NCBI GenBank assembly: GCA_030265395.1
Contig: JARFYF010000051.1
Coordinates: forward strand, 13,813,816 to 13,877,815
DNA length: 64,000 bases
DNA from: Rhina ancylostomus
Taxonomy: Eukaryota
Reading direction: 5' to 3'
The notes below the pieces were generated by a model. That model was not told the DNA's origin and searched no databases. It saw nothing but the letters and a program-made list of their open reading frames with translations. The position numbers were made by a program, and so were the translations under genes. Shown in pieces: positions 37,250 to 49,730 of this stretch (its first letter is position 1; the number at the start of each line of letters is the position of its first letter).

Positions 37250-37920
37250 GACCACAAGTCTTGGAAGGGAGCCGGGAAGGTTAAGAGGAGGCATGGTGTA
37301 GTAAGGCAAGAAAGTTAAGCTAAGCATTTCTAAAACACTGACTAGAAACCAGCTGAGGCATTGTGACTAATTCCAGGTACTGCACTTTAGGAAGGGTGTC
37401 AAGATCTTGAGAGGATTAAAGCACTTGACAGAGAATGCATTTAGGATGAAAGACTTCAGTTTCATGGGGAGAAAGGAGACACAAGGAATGTTCTCCTCCT
37501 GGGTGAGAAGTTTAAGGAAGATTTTGTAAAATAATAAGGATTTTGGGAGAGTAAATAAGGAGAAACAGTTTCCAAAAGTGAAAGAGTCAGTAACCACAGG
37601 AGAACAAAAGAATCTGAATGGACAAAAGGATCTACGTGGAATGTGTTGTCTAAAAGAATGGGAAGGAGGGAAAATGAAATGAATAGGAATGAGTTTGGGC
37701 TTGTAATAACTTTTAATGAATGACTTAGTGAAAGCATATCCAGTTGTATATTTGGTGTGTGGGTAATATTGAGATATATGGTTTCACATGAGCAAAGAAC
37801 TTCATTGTACCTTGAATCTGAAGGAAGGAGAGATGCAGGGGTATGATTGGAGCACTGAGAGATATGATGCAAAGATAGTGGGCCTTGAGGAATACGGTGA
37901 GAAAGTGGGTGGATTTAAGG
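37250..37920 (-). mobile_element. Old L2-like LINE fragment
   Basis: Strongly purine-skewed sequence typical of antisense L2 endonuclease regions; no intact ORF. Confidence 0.35.
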
Positions 37921-38289
37921 AATATGTTGGGAGGTTGGGTGTTATCTACCCACTAAACAGATTGAGGGCTGACAATCTCCCACGGCTAACCATCTTTATT
38001 TTCTGTATCACAGTCCCTCCAGAACTTTGATTGGGCAGAACCGTTCACTGATTGTGCTGACAGCTGAGTCAATTCCTTTCATTTGCTGTCCTGGAATTAT
38101 TAAGAGTGGTCACTAAAAGACTCAAGTAAATTCCACACCTTGACACAATCAGCAGATTAATATTTTATTAAAATTATGCCAGCAGTTTACAACTGGATTT
38201 GTGAAGTTACAAACATTCAATGTTTCTAAGTAAACCTTTCCTTTATTTACAAGAACCTCACTGACAGTTTTTTGAATAATATTCTCATG

Positions 38290-38870
38290 TCTCACACTGT
38301 CTAACACACCTGGTGTCTGTGCTTGCATCACATTAACTCACTTGATGTGTCTCTTCCTCTTACACACTCTCTAACACACTTAGTGTGTGTTCTCATGTAG
38401 CACACTGCCTAATACATCTAGTGTTTGTGTCCTCCTGTGGCACACTAAACACATCTGGTGTGTGCTTCCCAATACTGCAGACTGTAACTCAACTGGTATG
38501 TGTATTCTTGTGTCCTAAATTGTCTATACACTCAGTATGTGTGTATTCTGATGTTGCACATTGTTTAAAACAGCAAGTGTGTGTGTTTAAATTTCTCACA
38601 TTATATAACGTACCTGATGTGTGTGTCCTTTGGTCATTCACTGTCTAATACACCTGGTATGTCTGTGTCCACACATCACACATAGTCTAATGCACTGGGT
38701 GTGTCTGTCCTCATGTTGCACACTGCCTAACACATCAGGTGTATGTTTTCTGATGTTGCAACCTGCCTAGCTCAACTGGAATATGTACCTTTGTGTCCTT
38801 ATGTTGTCTATACAGCCAGTATGTGTCTATCCTCATATTATACACTGTTTAACATATCTGGTGTGTGTGC
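38290..38870. repeat. Minisatellite, ~40 bp unit (cacactgtctaacacacctggtgtgtgtgtcctcatgttg), about 14-15 copies
   Basis: Periodic cacactg(t/c)ctaa(c/t)aca(c/t)ctggtgt seen directly. Confidence 0.88.
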
Positions 38871-40462
38871 TGTGCACCACAACACACCAGCCTGGCAGTT
38901 CTGATCATTGATGGCCACAGAGGGGCTTGATGTTCTATCAACTTGGTTTTAACAGTCAACCCCTGACAGGAACTATTTTCTGCTCCTTTGTGGTAGATGC
39001 CTGGAGCGTACATTTATTAGAGCAGGAATTTGCCATTTTATCATTACTGTGCAACCCCACATTCAGGAGATAAGGTGTGGAGTCAATCACTTTTCCTGTG
39101 ACATTTTTTCTTANNNNNNNNNNNNNNNNNNNNNNNNNNNNNNNNNNNNNNNNNNNNNNNNNNNNNNNNNNNNNNNNNNNNNNNNNNNNNNNNNNNNNNN
39201 NNNNNNNNNNNNNTTAAGCCTCAGAATGAATGGATTAATTCAAAGTTCCCAAAAATAGCTGAACAACAGTGAAACTTTGCTGTCTGGATGGTTTGAAAAT
39301 GCCATTGGACACAGTATTTTAACAATTAGAGTGTGAATTTCCTTTCTCCAATCAGGTGGCGAGTTTAATTTACCCCCACTGCCAGGTTAGTGTGTATCAG
39401 ATCGGGCACTAATTCCAGCACTAAATAATTAAACCAATGCTTACTGACCATGTGATGTCCAGATAGAGAAGATGGTCAGTCACTGGTTCTTTCTTCCCTT
39501 GTTTCTTTCCTTGTCATATTTGGCAGATGTAGATCTACAGAAACTGAGAAAACACAAACTTAGGATTGTGAGTAGGGTGTATACAGAACTATTAATCTAG
39601 AGAGAAACAGAGTTAATATTATTAGGTTGATGACAGTTCAGTTCTGATGAAAAGTCATCAGCCTGAGATATTTACACAGTTACTGCCTGACCTGTTGAGT
39701 ATTACCAACATTTTGTATTTTTTTTCTTCTACCTTCTGAAGTGTGACCACTGTTGTAGACAGAACGTTACTCTGTGAGCTTCACATGTACTACATGAGTT
39801 TCATGTGAGCAAGGAATTTCATTGCACCCTGGTCTATATGACAATAAGCTAATCTGATCTGATGCAGCAGCCACCTTGTGCAAGCTACCAAATACAATAA
39901 TGTGAAAATGGCCTGATAAACCTGTCTTCATAAGGTTTGGCCAGGAGACTGAGGATAAGTAGTCTGCTCTTCTCTAAAGTAGTAGTAATGAGATATATCA
40001 GATGTTGCAGTCCTTTGCTTTTCCTGCTCTAACTCCTAACCCGTAGACCACCTGGTCACCCAAACATAGCCATTCCTCATAAAGATGATTCCACATTCAT
40101 TTAGTTATAAATAGTTGATACTAAAAGTTTTTTTAATTCAGAATTTTTCCTGTTTGTCTGCCTCTGTGCAGTTCCATTTGTAGTGTCTTGAACACTAACA
40201 GGCTTGGCAGTTACAGGTCATCGTGGACATAAAGCTTTCCACCACTGTGGTTTATCTGAATCTCAAGTTATTAATCAGTTGATAGAGATTGATGGCAGTG
40301 ATTAGACAACAACTCCCTTCGCATTGTACCATGCAATAAGGAACAAACTATGTGACCTTTGATGCTCTTTCCACCCATTCCTATGATCTTCATTGGGCCC
40401 AAGTTGTTAGTTGGGAGAAAGAACAAGCTCTCTGAAGGTAAGAGGATGTTCTCTTTACTCAC

Positions 40463-42790
40463 ACATAGAGTCATAGAGTTGTACAGCACAGAAATAAGCC
40501 CTTTGGCCTGCTACATCCATGATGACCTTTATGCCATCTACCCTCATCCATTTTGTCCACATTGCCCATATCCTTCAATGCCTTGCCTATTAAAGTGCCT
40601 ATTTAAATGTCTCTTGAACATAATGATTGTATCTGACTCCACCACCTCCTCTGACAGTGAGTTCCAGATATCAACCACTTCCTGTATAAAAGACTTGTCC
40701 CTCAAATCTCCTTTAAATCTCCTTCCTCTCACCTCCCACCCATGCCCTTTTGTTTTTGATGGCCCTACCATGGCAAAAGGATTCTGACCATCTGCTCTAC
40801 CTGTACCTCTTGTAGTTTTATATACCTCCATCAGGTGACCCCTCAGCCTCTTTCGCTCCAGAAAAACAAACCCACACTTATCCAATCTCTCCCCATAACT
40901 AAAGTCCTCCAATCCAGGTAACATCCTGCTGAACCTCCTCTGCACTCTCTCCAGCACCACCTCATCCTTCCAAAAGTGAGGCAACCAGAACTGCGCAAAA
41001 TAGCTCAAGCGTGGTTTAACCAGCATTTTATAAAGTTGCAACATAACGTCTCAGCTTGTATATTCTATGACCTGACCTATGCAGGCAAGCATGCCTTATG
41101 CTCTCTTCACCACCCTGTGATCTGTGTTGCCACCTTCAAGGAACTATGGACTTGAACCCCAAACTCCCTCTGTTCATTAACCTTCTTTGGAGTTCTACCA
41201 TTTAGTATAAATGTTCTGCCCCTATTTGAGTTCCCAAAATCACCTCGCATTTGTTGTGGCTAAATTCCATCTGCAACACTCACCCAACATTTCCATCCGA
41301 TATATCCTGCTGTAACCTTAGACAACCTTCCCCACTATTCACAACACCACCCTTTAGAGCCATCAACAGTCTTACTAATCATAACCCCTACATTCACATC
41401 CAAGTTGTTAACATATTTCACAAACAACAAGAGTCCCAGCACCGATCCCTGAGGTGCACCACTGGTCACATACATCCAATCAGAAAAGTTTCCTTCCATC
41501 ACTACCCTCTGTCTCCAATCACCAAGCCAATTTTGGATCCAATTTGCCAGTCCACCATTGAATCCCATATGCCTTAACCTTCTGGACCAGCCAACCATGT
41601 TGGATCTTGCCTAGTACCTTATTGAAGTCCATATAGACAATGTCTACCACCCTGCCTTCACCAATCTTCTTAGTTACCTTCTCAAAAATCTCAATCAAAT
41701 GAGTGAAGGGGGATTTCACCCCCTACAGAGCCATGCTGACTATCAGCCTCTGCCTTTCCAAAAGGACAGAACCCCTCTCTATTCTGATTTTCTCCAATAG
41801 TTTTCCTATTACTGGCATAAGGCTCACCAGCCCATAGTTACATGGCTTATTCCTGCTGCCCTTCTTAAATAAAGGAAGAGAATTCATTATCCTCCAATCT
41901 ATGGCTAACAAAGATGCAAAAATCTCCATCAGCACCCCAGCTGCCTCTTCCTCTAGCAAGCTGGGATGGATCAATCTTTATGAATCCCATGACATCTAAC
42001 ACTTCTTCCTTCTTAAACTGGAGCTGACCTGCCCCTCTGTGAACTCACTATCTTCCATGTCCTTCTCCTCGGTGAATGCAGATGAGAAGTATTCATTGAG
42101 GACCTTGCCCACATCACTTGGCTCCACCCCTTTGGTCCCTAAGAGGACACATTCTTTCCTTGAATACCCTTTTGCTTCTGATATACTTATATTGATATAG
42201 TATTTTCCTAAATCTTGCTTGCCAAGGAAATTTCATTGCCCCCTTTGCCTTCCTAATTTCTTTTTTAAGTTCTCTCCTTCACACTGTATATTCCTCAAGA
42301 GACACCCTCAATCACAGATGCCTATACCTGCCATATGTTTCCTTGTTTTTCTGATCAAACATTGAATATCCTTTGCCATCTAATGTTCCCTAATCTTGCC
42401 ATCTTTGCTTTTCACCCTTAGCGCTGATCCTGGTCTCAGGCCAACTCTCTTTTAAAAGACTCCCACTTGCCAGATGTTGTTTTACCCACAAGCATCTGCT
42501 CCCAATATACTTTCACAGTCTTCTCTTACACTATTGAAATTAGCCTTCCCTCATTTCATGACATTAACTTGAGGACGAACCCTTTCCATTACTGCCTTGA
42601 AACAGACAGAATTATGGTCACTGCACCCAAAGTGTTCCCCCACCAACACTCCCACCACCTGCACAGTTTCATTTCCTAATAAAAGGTCAAGTACTGCCAC
42701 ATCCCTAGTTGGACTATCTACATACTGTCTCAAACAACTTTTGTGGATGCACTTAACAAATTCCACCCCATCTAAGCCCCTTGCACTAAG
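40463..42790 (-). mobile_element. CR1/HER1 LINE ORF2 pseudocopy, from the endonuclease C-terminus to the 3' tail
   Basis: Ordered, frameshifted motifs: QYVDSPTR..VLDLLLGNE..GCSDHNSV (APE), PLFKKGSRNKPCNY, VDIVYMDF, VTSGAPQGSVLG, LERVQRRFSRMLPGL..LRGHLMEVYK. (CTCTATGA)n-type tail at ~40463-40478. Confidence 0.95.
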
Positions 42791-45700
42791 GTAATTCTAC
42801 CCTTATGGCCTCATTGGATGATTTCCTTCCTGCTTATATCCTGTGATGCTCTGTGCTGGATTAGTGACATCCAGAATCAACACAGTCAGGATCAGGAAAC
42901 CAATGTGTAGGAGTTCATGGTACTGAGCTCCAAATCTTATCAGTTTGCTCTCAATATCTTGCTATATGATAACATCTCCAAACAAAACCAGAATGAAACA
43001 TCTTGTTTATAACCTATGCTCAAGCAGCAGCAGCTGTGACTACAGCTGGCCCACACCTGGCTAATGTTTTGGTTCTCAGGTAAAATTAGTTTAGAACCTG
43101 AAGTTGAAAAACACAGGGTTCTGCTTAAAGGTGCTGTGTAATTCTGTAAAACAAAATCCTACCAAACAGTAATGTCCTGTGGCCTGTTCTCAATATTCAC
43201 TGTCTTTAGAATCTGAAGTCAGCTTCACAATGTCACTGTCAGTCATTGAGAAACAACACTCCGATCTCCTGTGCTGAAGGTGTACATTCTACATGGGCAC
43301 TGATTGCCCTTCAGGACATTGTCAACATGCCCGTTCTGAACAGGTTGTCAACGAGCCTACTATGGGAGGGAGGCGAACTAACCAAACTCTAACCTCTCCT
43401 CACTCCATATTCACACCAAGAAGCTGATTAAAAACCATATTTCTGGCTGGTTGCCTGGTGATTCCTGGTTGGACTTGCAGGAAAATCTAGAGCTGAGGCC
43501 ACCCAGCTGGGGCTGAACATGGGATCTTTCTGTCTAATACTTCAACATCACAAGGAGTAGTTCATTCAGCCACCAGAATAAATTTTAAGAATGTAATAGG
43601 ACTGGGAATGATGTTTAAATCCCCTCACAGCTACACTGCCTACAACAGCTGACTGTCTACCTCAAGATTCCTACCCAATCTCCATACCTTGATTCCATTA
43701 GTATCCATGACACCTAGTTCGTCATGAGAGTACAAGAGTATTCCTTGATGAATTCCTTGTTCAGCAGTTCTTAATACCAGCCTGCAAGGTTTCTACCATA
43801 CAAGACTGTTGTCCCTTTCCATTTTCCTTGACATACCAACCAGTCCACATACCCACTCCAGCCTGGAATGAAGTCAGTCAGCAGTAGACCCTCGGAGGTT
43901 ATCTGCAAGTACAAAGGGATGGGAGTTAAACATTTTATTTCGACAGCTGTATGTTAGGAGGTCCAGGCAGAGAGGGACATTCAGTCCCTTGGCTTTGCTG
44001 CTTATATTAGACATGTAGCACCCAGCTTATCATGGACACTGCCTGACCTAATAATCTGCTGAGGAAGCAGTCTATATGATTCCCAATTCCTGGCTCTCAC
44101 CTTATTTACACTCAGACTTCTTGATACCAACATAATGCTTCATACCCCTCTCCCCTCCCAAAGTCAACAACCCACTCTGTTTCCACATTCTCTATATCGC
44201 ATTTATCCACTTCCTTTCTGGAGCAATGGGTCAACAATGGATGAGATGATTTTGGTTTCTCTGCCAGATCTGGCTCCCCCCAAAACATACAATTATTACC
44301 TTCCTGTGGGACCCCATCATCCTGAGCACAACATTCATTTTTCTTGTACCTGTGTAGGTTACATCATGCTGATTAAGTCTATCAATCCATTTGACACTGA
44401 ATAGCCATCCATCCAAGTGGTACTGCTTCCTTTAAAGGCTTTCACTCTCCCCTACGCTAACTAGCTGCCCAAGTCTCAGGGTCCCAGAATAATTGTGATA
44501 AACGATCACTGCCCTGAAACATTTACCCTCCTACTTCTCTGCTGATGCTGCCTGACCCTGATGACTGTTTTCTGCATTTCTGGTTTTAAATGAAGGTAGA
44601 ATTTGAATAAGAAAGGCCCATCAGCCCACTGGATGCATTTTGACATAATCAGTAAACAGAATATTTCCAGAGACAATGACCAATGACCAATAGAAATCCC
44701 TATTCTTCACTCTCTGGCTTCTTCTGTATTCATTTCTCGTGATCCCGCCACTGGAAGCTGTCTTCAGCTGCCTGCCTCTGTGATCTTGATTCTTCTCCTC
44801 TTTCAGAACTGTTTTCCAAATGTTTTTTGTCATTCCATTATCTCCTTCCTTGACTAAATACATATNNNNNNNNNNNNNNNNNNNNNNNNNNNNNNNNNNN
44901 NNNNNNNNNNNNNNNNNNNNNNNNNNNNNNNNNNNNNNNNNNNNNNNNNNNNNNNNNNNNNNNNNCTTGACTAAATACAGATTTTATTTAGTGAGGCTCC
45001 ATGGAAAACCATCTCCAGTAGAAGTTGTTACTATTGCTTTGTCAATTTCCCTTCTGATTAATGATCTCTGCAGCCTGCTGTTCTGGATCCCCATATAAAT
45101 TTAAATACCTCTTTGTGGTCACCCCTGAGTTCGCCCCAATGTCAGTGGAGCAGCATACAGCCGATGAAGAGGTGATGGCCAAGGTTGGGGCCATGAGGAA
45201 TGCCAAGGTAAAGTGAGGAGCCACACAATCTGTGACTGGGGCGAGATAAAACATTTACTGGAGAGTTTAAGCAACAAAACAGAAAACTTGCAGCAAATTG
45301 GAAACCCAGCATCTGAGACCAGACAGCAGGCAGCTTGAAAATGCTTTTCTAGAAAACTTGGTGTAAAGTTTTATTTCAACTTAAAGGAAGTGAGTTTGGA
45401 AACAAGAAAATACGAGGAGAGGTTTGTAAGGAGGGGCTTGTTGATGTCCATGCCTATGGACAAAGTGCTGGAGTTCAGATAATATTGAGGCAACATAGAG
45501 AGAGGAGTTGGAAAACAGTCAGGTTATACTAGGTATTAATGGTCAACGTACCCAAGAGGGGACAAGTGAAAGAAGAAATGACTAGGTGCCAAGAATGCTG
45601 GGAGAAAGAGAGAGAGAAAGACCTGAGGTGGGACTGGGAGAAAGGGACCAGGAAAAATAAGGAGATAGACTCAGATCTGGAGCACCAACTGAAACGCAGT

Positions 45701-48195
45701 GACAATGGCCTTGGAGAGATGAAAGGTTAAACAGGCATCTCAAAGAATCAGTGAGCCCAACCCAGGCTGTGAACAGCAAAGAGAAGGACAAAATGAAAGA
45801 ATCAAAATTAACATTTAAAGTTGGATTTGTAGGCTGGGCAGACTAAACCCTAAGCATTAAAGTACCCAGTACCTTGGTCGAAAGAGTTCCGAAGACAGAG
45901 TGAAATCAGGAGCTATTTGAGGGGCAGGTAACAAAGGCCACAGAACTGAGCCAGTAGCAGCTCAACCAAGAGCCAATAGAGTTTTATACAAAGGGTTGCA
46001 GGGGGCATAATGTCCTCAGATGTTGGCAGGGTTTTCCTGGAGGATCTGGTATTCCAGCAGTGGAGCAGGAGAGGAAATCAGGGATAAAGGCAGTGAATCC
46101 GGGGATCAAAGGAATACTGAAATAGTTGGTGACCCAAGGCTGGTTGGAGGAATCCATACCATGAGGAACAGGAGCAGTAAGAGGTTGTGGATTCAGTTCA
46201 AGTCAATCTGCTGAAGGATGGAGGCANNNNNNNNNNNNNNNNNNNNNNNNNNNNNNNNNNNNNNNNNNNNNNNNNNNNNNNNNNNNNNNNNNNNNNNNNN
46301 NNNNNNNNNNNNNNNNNNNNNNNNNNNNNNNNNNNNNNNNNNNNNNNNNNNNNNNNNNNNNNNNNNNNNNNNNNNNNNNNNNNNNNNNNNNNNNNNNNNN
46401 NGTTCCACTGGGCGGCAACAGCAAAAAGGTGGAGCCAGTGGATTAGGTTTGTCTCTGGGGTGCACAGATCTCAACCCCGCACCCACAGAGAAGCTGTGAA
46501 GCCAGAAGCTGTGAAGCCAGCAGTCTTGAAGTTCAACTAGCATCTGAACAGCTACCTAATAAGTGGAAATGGTTAGGGCAATGGGTCCTTTGTTCCTGCT
46601 CCACCGTTCTGTATGACCTCGGCTGATCTTCTTACCTCGACACCATCACCCTGCACCAACCCCACGTCCCTGACTCCCCCAACAGTTAAAAGTGAATCTA
46701 GATCTGCCTTGCATATACTCAGCAACTGAAGCTCCACAACCCTCCCTTGGGTAGAGAGTACTAACTGTTTTATATCATCCATCTGACCCCATGTGCCCTG
46801 TTGATTTTATATTTTTCGCTGAATGCTAGCTTGTTGTTAAGGTACATGCATGTGTTGCCATAATATCTCCCCTCCTGTGTGGCTACAGGGGCTCAGGTAC
46901 AAGACAGCCTGGTAATTACTTGGGTGACCATTCAACTTGCACAGTGGAGTGGGGAGATTGGCTTTGGGTTTCTAGCCAAAGCAACCAGCCACATGCAGTG
47001 ACTGGTTATCAGTCATGGGCAGGAACCCTGGCTAGTTTCTCACAGGGCCACTTGGGCCACTTACAGAGCCACTGTTTGGGTAGCTGGGGGGAGGAACTGT
47101 GCAGCTCAACTTTGCAACAGTCGGCTTATGTGCCCATCTTTATACTTACACAAATAAAAGCAGAACATGCTGCAAATGCTCAGCAAGTCAGGCAGCATCT
47201 GAGAAAAGAGAAGCAGAGTTAACTTTTCAGGCTGGTGACCTTTCGTTACTTGTTCCCTGTCCTGCTGAATATTTCCAGCATTTTTTGTTTTTATTTCAGA
47301 TTTCTGGAATCTACAGAGTTTTTTTTCACTCTTTTACATTTTACATTACCAATCCTCTACTGTCCTTGGCCAAACTAACATCTGTCTAACATCGCAGAAG
47401 CGTAAAAGTCAAGAAGACCCAAACCCATCTCATTCTCCCACCCCTCCCACTCCTTGTACATTCAGATTATTAAACATGAGACTTCTAAATTGTTCATAAA
47501 ATATAAACAAGAACGTATATACTGGCTACATTATTCACTATGATAAAAAGTGTTGATTGGCTCTCAATAAACCTGCAGCAGAGAAGTTAATCTTTCAATA
47601 ATGTTGTCAACACTTTACTACTGAGTGAATTATTCACCAGCAGCCATTGTGAAACATCTTTAATATTAAAGATTCCCTCTTTCAAGGGAGACCTAAGTGC
47701 AAAATTCCCCACATGGTGGAAAAACAGTCCTTAAATGTATACTTCAATAACAAAATTGTCCCTAAAACTTTCTGGATTGCAAGAGCTCTCTCAGCAGTAT
47801 AGCTGGGATTGAGTTGGCAGAGATGAGACTGAGAGCTTGAGGGTTTTGTTGTGTGATAAACACAAGTACAATCACAACCTGACAGACCAGCTTTAGATGC
47901 TGAGACAACAGTTCGTCAGCATTACCAGGAAAAGGAAATTTCATGGTCTGTGTGTGTTTACTGAAAACATTGACGTTTTATTTTGATGCCAGTACATTCA
48001 CAGTAGGACTTGCTTCAAGGTTTCCTGTTAGGCAGATATTTTCTGGCTAATTTATAGCTACTCACCAATTGAATCAACAGATATTTATTAAGAAAAATGG
48101 ATGTAAACCTGCAATGAGCATTTGTTACTTTCTAAATCATGGTCATGTGCCAGTGTCATGAGTTATACAATCATGATGTAGCTTGTTGCTTAATC

Positions 48196-48335
48196 TTAAA
48201 TTTAAATTTTTTAAAGTTTTAAATTAAATTTAAATTTAAATTTTTAAATTTTATTTACAGCGTGGTGACAGGCCCTTCCGGCCCAACGAGTCCACACCAC
48301 CCATTTTTTAAACCCATATTAACCTACCTGTACGT
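48196..48335 (-). mobile_element. Truncated young SINE 3' end with AT-rich (TTTAAA)n tail
   Basis: tttatttacagcgtggtgacaggcccttccggcccaacgagtcc...attaacctacctgtacgtc with intact CpGs, next to a ttaaatttaaa tandem tail. Confidence 0.65.
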
Positions 48336-48979
48336 CGAAACCTGTGAGATTGTTTCTCTATACATCTCCTTTCTCTGTGTACTGGGTGAGTGTGGAGAGT
48401 GTGACTGTGTCTATGTGTCACATAAAATTTGTCATAAAATTCCATAGCCCAGCAGGAGATCCACCTTTGCCTGTGCCTGTTCTTTGAAAGAACTCTCCAC
48501 GCCGATTGTTTTCTGAAGATCTTTCCTTTTCAAACAGCTATCCAAACCCTTTATTATTGAATCTATGTCTGTTCTCCTTCCATATAGCACATGTTCATCA
48601 TCACAATTCAGGACATAAAGAAGATTTCCCCTCATTACCCTCTGATTTGTTAGCCAACTACCTTTGTGCAGTTCTCTCTGTCATTTTCAGCTCCATATCT
48701 GAAGATTAATCAGATTTTTTGGTTGTCTAGGATCCTCACTAGAATGCATTAAGGTATCTTTGACATAAGGTAACCTTTCCTCCCTTAAACCCTTCTCACA
48801 GTTACTGGAGTTTAGTCAGCTAGAACTTTGTAGCATCAGCTTCAAGGTTTCAGCTACAAAGATGCAATGGTGACCCATCTTGAGGTTAACCCAGTTGTTA
48901 TGCACTCTCGTTGTCCACCTCTGCAACAAAGTCATGGTGATGAGCTCCTTGTTCACTGTAGGAAGAAATGATCTGCTCC

Positions 48980-49060
48980 CTGGCAGTAGTTGGCAAGTCT
49001 AGAACCACCGGATCCCTCTATCTCACCAGTGTGAGTTCTACCATTGCCAAAAATAGCCAG
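48980..49060 (-). ncRNA. MIR182: pre-miR-182
   Basis: Reverse complement of 49028-49051 is UUUGGCAAUGGUAGAACUCACACU (miR-182-5p). Reverse complement of 48987-49007 is UGGUUCUAGACUUGCCAACUA (3p). The arms pair, with lower stem ctggc/gccag. Confidence 0.98.
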
Positions 49061-49644
49061 AGACTCTGTCCTCCCATTATATCAAGACGAGTGTCCTCCT
49101 TCAATCAAGTGCCTGCACTACATTTCTGTGGTGAAAGAAATCCATGAAGTCAGCCAGCACCAGTCTCTATAGCAGACGGTTCAGAATTAGAAATAATGGA
49201 TAAAAAGGAGTGTGACAAGAAAATCAATACCACTGATGCAGCTCAGTTACCAGTGGGGAAAAGAAAGCAAGGTCACAAAACACACGGAATACCTCACCAA
49301 CATTAAACAGTCAAGCGACAGAGTGAGATCACAGATGTGCAGGCAACATGATCACCAGCACTGCAGAGAGCAGGGAAGATAATGGAGATAAAATATACAT
49401 TGAGAGAACTTATCACACCATTCCCTGCCCAAAATAATATTCTCCACAATTCCCCAATTGTTCACATCCTTCTACATTTTTCTACAGTCTTTTGAGGCCT
49501 ACTTTGGTGTCCTTTGATATTTACTTCTTGATTCACCTTATTTTCTCTCTTTCTTTCAGTGGTGTTCTACACCGTGGACGTTTCTCCCCAGGGCAATGCT
49601 GTGGCGGTTTCATTCTCTTCCTGGACTATGGTGGTCGCTGTGCT

Positions 49645-49730
49645 TCCTTTTCCTATATTGGCACTACACATAATTGCTCAAAGGCCATATACAAAAGCAA
49701 AAATGTGCTAGTGCCAAAATGGGCAAAGGA
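49645..49730 (-). ncRNA. MIR96: pre-miR-96
   Basis: Reverse complement of 49696-49718 is UUUGGCACUAGCACAUUUUUGCU (miR-96-5p). Reverse complement of 49655-49676 is CAAUUAUGUGUAGUGCCAAUAU (3p). Confidence 0.98.

Noticed and set aside
38290-38870. CRISPR-like appearance of the ~40-bp periodic array
   Set aside because: Units are degenerate tandem copies without unique spacers, the context is vertebrate and there are no cas genes.
40544-41044. 166-aa minus ORF as a host gene
   Set aside because: It is the C-terminus of a frameshifted CR1 ORF2.
47280-48260. Minus-strand polyA signal for the pri-miRNA
   Set aside because: TTTATT hits fall in repeats or AT-rich tails; none can be singled out from sequence alone.
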